Shown here: positions 9,456 to 17,494 of the stretch, one piece after another
How positions within the stretch are numbered: position 1 is the first letter of the stretch
How the letters are laid out: the number at the start of each line of letters is the position of its first letter
Assembly: GCA_965117045.1 (NCBI GenBank)
Contig: OZ220749.1
Location: 2,309,817-2,373,816 of the forward strand
Direction: 5' to 3'
Origin: a bacterium
GTDB lineage: Bacteria; JAAXHH01
DNA: 64,000 nt
Position numbers and translations under genes: made by a program
The notes under the pieces: generated by a model
The model's input: the letters and a program-made list of their open reading frames with translations, nothing else
Told to the model about the DNA's origin: nothing
Databases searched by the model: none

Positions 9456-10388
9456 ATGATCGTCATGGCTACGAACAACGGCGACGTGGGCATCCGGCAG
9501 GCGGTGGCCGCGCTGAAGGAAGGCAAGACCGCGGTGGACGCCATCGAGATCGGCATCCGGGAGGTGGAGGTGCACCGGCCCGACCGCAGCGTCGGCCTGC
9601 ACGGCTATCCCAACATCCTCGGCTATCCCCAGCTGGACGCCCTCATCATGGACGGCCGTACCCGGAACGTGGGGGCCGTGGGCGCGGTGACGGGCTACGA
9701 TCATCCGATCTCGATCGCCCGCTGCGTCATGGAGAAGCTGATCCACGTCTTCCTCGTCGCCGACGGCGCGGAGCGGTTCGCCAGTGAAATGGGTTTCGAG
9801 AAGAGCACCTACGTGGACCCCGAGATGCCCGAGATCTACGCGAAGCACGTGCGCGAACAACTCGGGATCGACGACCCCGAGGAACTTCAGCACTCCAGGG
9901 AACTGTGGAAGCTGAGCCACCTGGCCGTCGATCCGCAGAAGGCAGGGGGCACGACCAACTTCATCGCGCAGGACGGCAACGGCGACATCTGCGTGGGCGT
10001 CAGCACGAGCGGATGGGGGTGGAAGTACCCGGGACGCCTGGGGGATTCGCCGGTCATCAGCGCGGGTGGTTTCGCCGACAACCGCTACGGCGCCGCGGCG
10101 TGTACGGGCACGGGCGAGCTGGCCATCCGGACCGGCGCGGCCCGGAACGTGGTGACCTACATGAAGATGGGCATGTCGCTCGAAGAGGCGACGGCCGAGG
10201 GGCTGCGGGACATGAACGAACTGGACGCCCAGCGCGTGGGCGGCGTGCAGATCATCTCCCTGGACGCCAGCGGCGCCCACATGGCGGGGACCACGAGCGA
10301 ACGGAAAGGCAGCCACGTCTACATGACGGCCGACATGGACGAGCCCGAGTTCGTCGATGGCATTTCCGTGCCGTACGGAGGTTCATAA
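9456..10388 (+). CDS. Isoaspartyl peptidase / L-asparaginase (Ntn-hydrolase, asparaginase-2 family)
   Basis: GAVGAVTGYDHPISIARCVMEK, the autoproteolysis region near GVSTSGWGWKYPGRLGDSPV, and the TGTGE motif. Confidence 0.8.
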   Translation: MIVMATNNGDVGIRQAVAALKEGKTAVDAIEIGIREVEVHRPDRSVGLHGYPNILGYPQLDALIMDGRTRNVGAVGAVTGYDHPISIARCVMEKLIHVFLVADGAERFASEMGFEKSTYVDPEMPEIYAKHVREQLGIDDPEELQHSRELWKLSHLAVDPQKAGGTTNFIAQDGNGDICVGVSTSGWGWKYPGRLGDSPVISAGGFADNRYGAAACTGTGELAIRTGAARNVVTYMKMGMSLEEATAEGLRDMNELDAQRVGGVQIISLDASGAHMAGTTSERKGSHVYMTADMDEPEFVDGISVPYGGS

Positions 10389-10421
10389 GGGAAATCGACG
10401 CGGACAATTGGAGCATCCCGG

Positions 10422-11153
10422 ATGAAGCTGGAAGACGCTAAGGCCCATCTCGACGAACACGGTTACGTCGTACTCAAAGAGGCGTTGAATCCGGAGCAGG
10501 CCAATGCCCTGCGTGACCGCTCGGCCGAGTTGGCCGCGGCGGAAAAGGCCGATGGGGAACACGTCTACTTCGATGGACAGGCGCAGCGGGTGTGGAACCT
10601 GGTCAACAAGGGCCGCATCTACGAGGAGATGATCCAACTGCCGCAAGTGCTCGCGCTCCACGAACACCTACTGGGCGACGACTGTATCTTAAGCAGCTTT
10701 ACCGTCAATCTCATCGGCCCGGGCGCACCGGCCGGCGGCCTGCACGTCGACTTCCCGCTGGGACGATTCCCTCAGCCTGCGCCGCCGTTCGCCTTCTGCT
10801 CCAACACGATTTTCGTACTCGACGACTTCACGCCCGAGAACGGGGCCACGCGGATCGTGCCGGGCAGCTACAAGCGCGGCACCCCGCCCGATCCGGAGAA
10901 GGAATACGACGACGTCATCCAACTGGATGCCCGCAAAGGCGATATCGTCATCATCCATGGCGCGACCTGGCACAGCAGCGGCGCCAATCGCACCAGTGAG
11001 GAACGAATGATCCTGCTGGGGTTCTTCTGCCGCTCGTTCATGAAACCGCAGCAGGACCAGTTCAGGCTGGCGGACCCCGAGGTCGTCAAGCGGGCGACGC
11101 CGACCCTGAAGCGCCTGCTGGGATTCGAATCGCAATCGGGCTTGCGGGCCTGA
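10422..11153 (+). CDS. Phytanoyl-CoA dioxygenase (PhyH) family protein
   Basis: LHVDFP...HGATWHSSGANRT, the HxD...H triad typical of PhyH. Confidence 0.6.
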   Translation: MKLEDAKAHLDEHGYVVLKEALNPEQANALRDRSAELAAAEKADGEHVYFDGQAQRVWNLVNKGRIYEEMIQLPQVLALHEHLLGDDCILSSFTVNLIGPGAPAGGLHVDFPLGRFPQPAPPFAFCSNTIFVLDDFTPENGATRIVPGSYKRGTPPDPEKEYDDVIQLDARKGDIVIIHGATWHSSGANRTSEERMILLGFFCRSFMKPQQDQFRLADPEVVKRATPTLKRLLGFESQSGLRA

Positions 11154-11156
11154 ACC

Positions 11157-11234
11157 GGCGGACCTGGACCGGCAGTATGCCAGCAGGCCTGGGGCGGCGG
11201 ACCTGGACCGGCGGTATGCCAGAAGGCCTGGGCC
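11157..11234. repeat. 2 x 39-bp direct tandem repeat immediately after the PhyH stop codon
   Basis: ggcggacctggaccggc(a/g)gtatgccag(c/a)aggcctggg(g/c)c appears twice, read directly from the sequence. Confidence 0.7.
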
Positions 11235-11353
11235 GGCAAATTGCCCGCTGATTTTCGCCCACGGGTCCGATCCTGTGGTCTCGAGCCCGTAGTACGCCCG
11301 TCGTCCAGTTCGCAACTCGATCATCCCCTTCATCCTCAAAAGAAAGATCACAC

Positions 11354-12112
11354 ATGCCTGACGCTCCATCTCAGAATATCGTCCCCAAGACCTATACCTG
11401 TTACCGTGCCTGCGGTCCCATCTCGATCGACGGAAAGTTGAGCGACCCGTCCTGGATCCGGGCGCCCCGCACCGACCTCTTCGTCGATATCGAAGGGGAC
11501 CTCAAGCCCATTCCCCGGTTCGGCACGCGCGCCATGATGCTGTGGGACGACGAGTACTTCTACGTGGCGGCCGACATGGAGGAACCGGACGTCTGGGGCA
11601 CCCTGACCAAGCGGGATTCCATCATCTGCAACGACAACGACTTCGAGGTGTTCATCGATCCCGACGGGGACACCAACCACTACATGGAGTTCGAGATCAA
11701 CCCCCTGAACGCCGTGTGGGACCTGTACCTGCCCAAACCCTACAGCAAGGGCGGGAAAGCCGACCACGACTGGGACTTCGAGGGCGTGCGCCACGCCGTC
11801 CACATCGACGGCACGGTCAACTGTTCCCACGACGTGGACCGCGGCTGGTCCACCGAAATCGCCTTCCCCTGGACCAGCATGGCCGAGTACGCCGGGGTGG
11901 ACTGCCCTCCGAAGCCCGGGGATTCCTGGCGGGTCAACTTCTCGCGGGTCGAGTGGGAATACGAACGCTACAAGGACGGCTATCTACGGAAAGAAGGCGT
12001 GCCCTGCGACAACTGGGTCTGGTCGCCCCAGGGTGAGATCAACATGCACATCCCCGAGATGTGGGGACACGTGGTGTTCTCGGATACGGTGGTGGGCACG
12101 GCGGAGATGTGA
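11354..12112 (+). CDS. Carbohydrate-binding family 9-like (CBM9/DOMON-like) domain protein
   Basis: WDDEYFYVAADMEEPDVW and NDFEVFIDPDGDTNHYMEFEINPLN resemble CBM9-like modules, judged from memory. Confidence 0.4.
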   Translation: MPDAPSQNIVPKTYTCYRACGPISIDGKLSDPSWIRAPRTDLFVDIEGDLKPIPRFGTRAMMLWDDEYFYVAADMEEPDVWGTLTKRDSIICNDNDFEVFIDPDGDTNHYMEFEINPLNAVWDLYLPKPYSKGGKADHDWDFEGVRHAVHIDGTVNCSHDVDRGWSTEIAFPWTSMAEYAGVDCPPKPGDSWRVNFSRVEWEYERYKDGYLRKEGVPCDNWVWSPQGEINMHIPEMWGHVVFSDTVVGTAEM

Positions 12113-12133
12113 TCGTGTTCCGCCCGTTGGGTT

Positions 12134-13093
12134 TCATTGTCCTGGCGGCCTGCCTGCGACCTGAGATTGAGACGGATTGTCTGGATAAGAGTAGGAACAC
12201 TCGTCCGAATTCGGCATGCATAGGGCTTTAATCGTATTCGAACTGGCATACCTGCCCCGTATACCGTCGATCGACATTTCCATCACCAGCCTGAACGCTC
12301 CCGATCTATTGGGGGTGTAGCTACATATTTCGCCGGTTTTGTGCGTTCCATCCACTTCGGCCCAGGGACTGGACGCGTTTTCTCTCCATTGCCAGTGTGA
12401 TTCGTGCACGAAGTACCGGATGCCGTTTACGGTGGCATCGAGCGGAATGCACGGGATGAAGCCTAGGGAAAAGCCGTGAATCTCTATTTTGCCGGCCGAT
12501 ACGCGAATCCATTCAAGTGGGGTATAGGGTCCGGTTAACGGTGGGTCCGGTGGGTCCGGCGGTTCAGGGGGTTCCGGTGGCTGGGGCGGCTCCGGCGGAT
12601 CTGGCGGCTCCGGCGGATCTGGTGGTTCAGGGGGCTCCGGTGGCGGGGGTGGCTCAGGTGGTTCCGATGTTTCAGGTGGTTCAGGTGGTTGATCTTCTTC
12701 CACATGAACACGGACGGGCTGAGTGGCGCTTAACCCATGGGAATCTGTCGCCGTAACCGTCACGGTCGCACTTCCCGGTGACATGGGTCTGATCGTCAAG
12801 ATAGCTCCAGATGTCCCGGCAGTCGCTATCGCGTCGTTGCTCGAAGCCGCGGTGTATCGCAGCAGATCTCCATCTACGTCCCTGAAGTATCGTGACACGT
12901 CCAACTCGACCGGGGTTCTCCCTGTGGTCAGGTTCTGGTTGGGGATCGCGCCCACGGCCTCGGGAGCGTGGTTCTCAGGCAGAGCCGGTTCATCCGGCTT
13001 CGGCCCGGCGGGATTGCTCTTCCCGCATCCCGAACTATAAACCAGTGAGCAGGCGATGACGATATGCAGGAAACTTAAGAACGTCCTGGGCAT
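12134..13093 (-). CDS. Lipoprotein with Ig-like domain and Pro-rich (PEPPEPP) linker
   Basis: Probable start is the ATG at 13093 (MPRTFLSFLHIVIACSLVYSSGC), giving a signal peptide plus lipobox Cys; the track ORF extends to 13231. A PEPPEPPDPPEPP repeat is encoded at about 12517-12700. Confidence 0.5.
   Translation of the reverse strand: MPRTFLSFLHIVIACSLVYSSGCGKSNPAGPKPDEPALPENHAPEAVGAIPNQNLTTGRTPVELDVSRYFRDVDGDLLRYTAASSNDAIATAGTSGAILTIRPMSPGSATVTVTATDSHGLSATQPVRVHVEEDQPPEPPETSEPPEPPPPPEPPEPPDPPEPPDPPEPPQPPEPPEPPDPPDPPLTGPYTPLEWIRVSAGKIEIHGFSLGFIPCIPLDATVNGIRYFVHESHWQWRENASSPWAEVDGTHKTGEICSYTPNRSGAFRLVMEMSIDGIRGRYASSNTIKALCMPNSDECSYSYPDNPSQSQVAGRPPGQ
12517..12700. repeat. Coding tandem repeat (ggtggntccggngg units) encoding the (PEPP)n linker of the lipoprotein
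   Basis: Read directly from the sequence; imperfect 12-15-nt units repeated about 12 times. Confidence 0.7.
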
Positions 13094-13328
13094 TTCCTCG
13101 ATCCCACGAATGAACGGTCCCGATGAACTCGTATCTGTAATATAGTTGAAAAAACACGACCAGCGGTATCTTTGGCGTTTCATTATAGGACGAATGCCCG
13201 CCAGGGAAGTTTCACTTATACAAGCTTCCACTTCCAGACGTCAGTGGTTGTTCGATCCCTTCCGGTAACTGACCGCTGAATGGCAGACCGGCGGGTTTCC
13301 GGTTCAAGCCCCGGCAGGAGCAAATGCA

Positions 13329-13781
13329 ATGATCGCTTATCGCCACACCCAGTTCGGCACGGTCAACGTCATCATCACTATCGCCATCCTGCCATTGGTC
13401 TTTATTCCCGCGTGGATGGCAGGAGCGGCGCCCTTCGCCTGGCTGATCCTGCTTTTCATGCTGGGGATCCTGGCGCTGTTCCACAACCTGACCGTCACCA
13501 TCGATGACCAGGACCTCCGCATCAGTTTCGGCATCGGCCTGATCCGGAAGCGGTTCCCCCTGGACCAGATCGAGTTCTGCCAGCCGGTCAGAAACTCCTG
13601 GCTTTACGGGTGGGGTATCCGGCTTACGCCGCGGGGCTGGCTATACAACGTATCGGGACTAGAGGCGGTGGAACTGAAGATGAAGAACGGCAAGACCTGT
13701 CGTATCGGAACGGACGAGCCCGGGGTCCTGGCCGCCGCGGTCCGGGAGGCGGTGGACAGGTCGAGTGAAGCGATGGGGTGA
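13329..13781 (+). CDS. Hypothetical membrane protein (two N-terminal TM helices)
   Basis: Hydrophobic stretches VNVIITIAILPLVFIPAWMA and FAWLILLFMLGILALF. Confidence 0.4.
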   Translation: MIAYRHTQFGTVNVIITIAILPLVFIPAWMAGAAPFAWLILLFMLGILALFHNLTVTIDDQDLRISFGIGLIRKRFPLDQIEFCQPVRNSWLYGWGIRLTPRGWLYNVSGLEAVELKMKNGKTCRIGTDEPGVLAAAVREAVDRSSEAMG

Positions 13782-13853
13782 GATGCTGAACGGGCGACCG
13801 TTGATCTCAAGAAGATCCAGACTACGCCGCCCGTGCGTAACCAGCACGGCCCG

Positions 13854-14093
13854 TCATGCGGAAGGAAGCGGATTTTTCCATGCGTACCAGACTTTATCCT
13901 GATATCCGTTCTTCAGTCTGATCTCGACTTCAATACCGAGAACCTCGATCTCTTCATCGGTTAACAGGTCCAGTATTTTGCTTTTCAGTATTTCGGCCTT
14001 TCGAGGGTCAATAAGCCGGCCTTGTTCATCAACCATAAGTAGACTCCTTTCAGCCCCGCCATAGTTGGAATATGATGGACATTCACGCCGCAA
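13854..14093 (-). CDS. Small hypothetical protein (60-79 aa) at island edge
   Basis: ORF with lower GC than its flanks; no recognisable motif. Start is uncertain (an internal Met gives MVDEQG...). Confidence 0.2.
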   Translation of the reverse strand: MRRECPSYSNYGGAERSLLMVDEQGRLIDPRKAEILKSKILDLLTDEEIEVLGIEVEIRLKNGYQDKVWYAWKNPLPSA

Positions 14094-14452
14094 GATCGAC
14101 GGCGCGATACTGCGGAAACTTGCATCTTCTATAGAAAAGAGTCGTTGAGAAACCAGGTTATCTCGTGTTTTATCTTTCGGCAGCCGGATAACCTGGGAAT
14201 CTATTGAACTGGTCCATCGGCTTCATCATTCGGCTCCACAGGTTCTGGCTTGATCCATTCATATCCAGCGAGGGGATTGTGCTAGCGGCGTAAATCGAGC
14301 TTTCTACTTGATTCTTCTTGTCGGTCCTTGCCGCAAAATTTCTTTACGTTTTGCATTTAATCTTTACTTTATGTGTTTTTCTTGGTATCTATTCTAAAGT
14401 AAAGTGAGTGATCTGAATTTCTGCCAATCGATCTACATCATCGGAGCGTATC

Positions 14453-14689
14453 GTGCCCAAAGTCAGTTCCAAGCGACAGATCACGCTTCCGGCCGATCAG
14501 TGCCGATTGGTCGGCATCGAGCCAGGCGACGAGTGCCAAAGCTACGTTGCCGACGGCCGCATTACCATTGTCCGCCAAGAGCCCGGCAGCGCCTGGGGAT
14601 GCCTGTCGCGTCTCGAAGCCGATCCGACGGTTTCAGACGAAGAGTCGCGCCAGGACGCGATTGAAGGGAAGCGGGACCAATTACCGTGA
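14453..14689 (+). CDS. AbrB/MazE/SpoVT-family antitoxin (VapB-like)
   Basis: N-terminal KRQITLPADQCRLVGIEPGDE swapped-hairpin motif. 4-nt GTGA overlap with the downstream PIN gene. Confidence 0.6.
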   Translation: MPKVSSKRQITLPADQCRLVGIEPGDECQSYVADGRITIVRQEPGSAWGCLSRLEADPTVSDEESRQDAIEGKRDQLP

Positions 14690-15087
14690 ACGCAATCGAC
14701 ACCAATGTCCTGCTGCGCTATCTCCTGAGAGACGACGAGGCGCAGGCTGAACGGGTGCGTCGCGTGTTTGAAGGCGGCGAGCGCGTGCTCATTACGGACG
14801 TGGTATTGGCGGAGACGGTGTGGACGTTAGCCGGCCGCCGCTATTGCGCGACCCGTACCGACCTGGTCGATCTGGTCAATAACCTGCTGCAGGATGCCAG
14901 CGTGCGCTTTGAGGATGACGAGGTCGTCTGGAGCGCTCTGCAGGCCTATCGGAGGACTGAAGGGGACTTCGCCGACGCCCTTATTGTGTGCAAAGCCGAA
15001 AAGCTGGCTGCCGAGGGCGACGAGTTGAGCACTGTTTATACCTTCGATGATGTCGCCTTGCAGTTGCCGGGTACTGCGAAGCCGTAG
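14686..15087 (+). CDS. vapC: PIN-domain toxin VapC
   Basis: AIDTNVLLRYLL places the N-terminal Asp in IDTN. It pairs with the upstream antitoxin, and its GTG start overlaps the TGA stop. Confidence 0.7.
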   Translation: MNAIDTNVLLRYLLRDDEAQAERVRRVFEGGERVLITDVVLAETVWTLAGRRYCATRTDLVDLVNNLLQDASVRFEDDEVVWSALQAYRRTEGDFADALIVCKAEKLAAEGDELSTVYTFDDVALQLPGTAKP

Positions 15088-15313
15088 TGTGGGGAGACGT
15101 AACGGTGCCAGGGAAGCATGCCGGTATCACTGTGGGCAGAGGGTTGATTATGTTTATGAGTTGAATGTGGCGTTGGTGGCGTTTGATTCGGACCGATTGT
15201 GTGATTCCCATGGATTTAACGTAATCCGCACCTGTGGCATTTACTTGCACGTAGTGAGCGTATGAACGTTATTTGGTTGGAGACGAACGCCAAACTTTGC
15301 CGAAGGGGCATTC

Positions 15314-15562
15314 ATGAGCAAGGGACTTGTCAGAACAGTGATCAACCTGGAAGACAAGCAGAAGGCATGGCTGGACCAGCAGGCCGCACTGCGACGTGTC
15401 TCCAGGGCCTCGTTGATTCGCCAGGCAGTCAGCGAATATCAGGCTAAGGAAAGGCGGGGCTCGGATGTTTCATTGCAAGAGGCACTCGAACAGACGGCGG
15501 GCATCTGGCAGTCAGGCGACGGCCTCGAGTACCAGGTGCGTATCCGCAAGGAATGGCTTTGA
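15314..15562 (+). CDS. Ribbon-helix-helix (CopG-like) antitoxin
   Basis: RRVSRASLIRQAVSEY is typical RHH. It lies 4 nt upstream of a PIN gene. Confidence 0.6.
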   Translation: MSKGLVRTVINLEDKQKAWLDQQAALRRVSRASLIRQAVSEYQAKERRGSDVSLQEALEQTAGIWQSGDGLEYQVRIRKEWL

Positions 15563-15565
15563 GTC

Positions 15566-15943
15566 ATGGCGAGATACCTGCTGGACTCGGTTATCGTCAT
15601 CGACCACTTCAACGGCGTTGATGCAGCGACGGAGTTCCTGACCGATCACGGTCGAGATTGCGTGATTTCCGTCATTACCCGCGCGGAGACTTTGGCTGGA
15701 TTCCCACCCGAATCTGAACCGTTGGCCCGTGAGCTTCTGGATCAGTTTGCGGCACTACCCGTTACCACCGAAGTCGCCGATGCCGCCGCAAGGTTGAGAC
15801 ACAACCACGGCATGAAACTACCGGATGCAATACAAGCGGCCATAGCAATGCAGGAAGGACTGTCCCTGGTCACTCGAAACACCAGAGACTTCAAGGCTGA
15901 CGGTCCGGTCGATGTGAAGATCCCCTATCGATTACCCCGATAA
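15566..15943 (+). CDS. vapC: PIN-domain toxin VapC
   Basis: LLDSVIVIDHF carries the N-terminal acidic residue. The ORF is about 125 aa and adjacent to an RHH antitoxin. Confidence 0.7.
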   Translation: MARYLLDSVIVIDHFNGVDAATEFLTDHGRDCVISVITRAETLAGFPPESEPLARELLDQFAALPVTTEVADAAARLRHNHGMKLPDAIQAAIAMQEGLSLVTRNTRDFKADGPVDVKIPYRLPR

Positions 15944-16232
15944 ACCCGCAAGGCAGATTGATTTCTCGAGGACGCCTACGCCATCGTCTCCGATGTATGG
16001 GTTCTACGAATGTTCGATGATGTAGAAACCTTTGACTTTTGCTTGGCGAGGCTACCAATCGCGAAATTGCCTTTGAAGTCGCTTACACTTCACCTACATA
16101 ACTATGAAAACCGCAAGTAATGGATTTTGTAGTTTCGTTTGGCCGTGAAACAGTCATGAGCTTGCCTGCAATTGCGGATCACATTCATAGTTCCCTATGG
16201 CGGTATTCTGCTAATTGCATTTGGACTAGGTA

Positions 16233-17309
16233 ATGATGAAAAACAACGTGTCACCATACAGAAAACCCCATGTAATCGTACCAAAAAACGAGGGCAAGGC
16301 TTGTGACGCCGTAATCAAGACAATGGAAAGACGTACCAGAGCGAAACGATCTGATATCCGTTTACCAGAGAGGGATAGAGTTGGAGTTCCAGTGGAACTA
16401 CGTCTAAAGTTGGGCGAACAGGAATACGCGATCGAACACACCATAATCGAACCATTCGAGAACAATATCCAAACCGAGCTAACAGTAGATGAGATTAGAA
16501 GGTACTTGGTTAGATCTCTCGAAGGTCGGTTGCTAAGTCCCATGTACTACGTGCTTCAAGTGCCAAAGGATGTTTGTTTACCGAAAAGGAAAAATAATCG
16601 AGTTAGGGCATTGAAGTTCCTTGCCGAATGGGTCCTAAGCAGTGCGGAGGTTATGTACGAAAGGATCACTGGATATTCATTGCCCATCGACTGCTATAAC
16701 ATCCCGTTCAGCCCTTACTGTTTTCCCGAAGATAGCGTCAAAGACGAACACTCGTGTTTAAACTGCACTGTCGAATTGCTGAGATGGCGGAACGGGACTG
16801 TGATAGGAAGAAAACCTGGCTTTGTTCAAACGGTACTTGACTATCCCAAAGACTTGGAGGGTTTTCGAACAGAACGGATACGTCGAGCTTTCTCAGACAA
16901 GTTTCCAAAGTTGGCGAAGTGTGGTGCTGAAGGAGCGCGAACAGTCTTGATACTGGAAAGCCGGGACGTAGCTCACACGAGATTCGATCTCATCGGGGCT
17001 CAGCTGCCAACCTTGCTGTCTGAGCACGCTTGCGTTCCTGACGAGATATTCTTGGTTGAACCATATGATTCACTCTGGTTTGTGTATCCGATGAAATACG
17101 ACAAGGGTCATTGGCCGGAAGAGGGGATGCCGCAGTGGGACAAAGGGCCGATTTATCATCCGGATAATCTGCCGACTGCTGGGATACCCAAAAGGTACCG
17201 TGATGCATTACAGTTGGACGAAATCTACGAGCCCTACCTGACTCGTGAGTGGATACCTGCCACCTACAAGCCGGAAGAATTGGAAGACCTTACGAATGCT
17301 AGTCTATAG
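16233..17309 (+). CDS. Hypothetical protein (358 aa), first gene of candidate two-gene defence module
   Basis: Low-GC ORF with no family recognised. Co-oriented with the 722-aa gene and 185 nt upstream of it. Confidence 0.5.
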   Translation: MMKNNVSPYRKPHVIVPKNEGKACDAVIKTMERRTRAKRSDIRLPERDRVGVPVELRLKLGEQEYAIEHTIIEPFENNIQTELTVDEIRRYLVRSLEGRLLSPMYYVLQVPKDVCLPKRKNNRVRALKFLAEWVLSSAEVMYERITGYSLPIDCYNIPFSPYCFPEDSVKDEHSCLNCTVELLRWRNGTVIGRKPGFVQTVLDYPKDLEGFRTERIRRAFSDKFPKLAKCGAEGARTVLILESRDVAHTRFDLIGAQLPTLLSEHACVPDEIFLVEPYDSLWFVYPMKYDKGHWPEEGMPQWDKGPIYHPDNLPTAGIPKRYRDALQLDEIYEPYLTREWIPATYKPEELEDLTNASL

Positions 17310-17494
17310 AGTCACTGTATGGTGAAGTTATCCCGATTTTGTAGATGGTATAGAGTTGGAATTCAGGACGACAATGAAGTAAGATCAGTACTGGATAATT
17401 ACAAGTTAATATCCTACAATGTGGAAGATGTATTGGAACAAAATGGTAGGTTCTTTTCGTTTGCCTTCGCAATAGTGTAAGTCAGGGAAATACA

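Noticed and set aside
12517-12700. Possible CRISPR or non-coding satellite at the ggtggntcc repeats
   Set aside because: The repeats are in-frame and encode the PEPP-rich linker of a lipoprotein; no spacers.
15950-16232. Search for att-like direct repeats shared by island flanks (15950-16232 versus 25927-26069)
   Set aside because: Only weak 9-10-nt similarities (tttcgtttag versus tttcgtttgg) were seen by eye; not convincing without a computational search.
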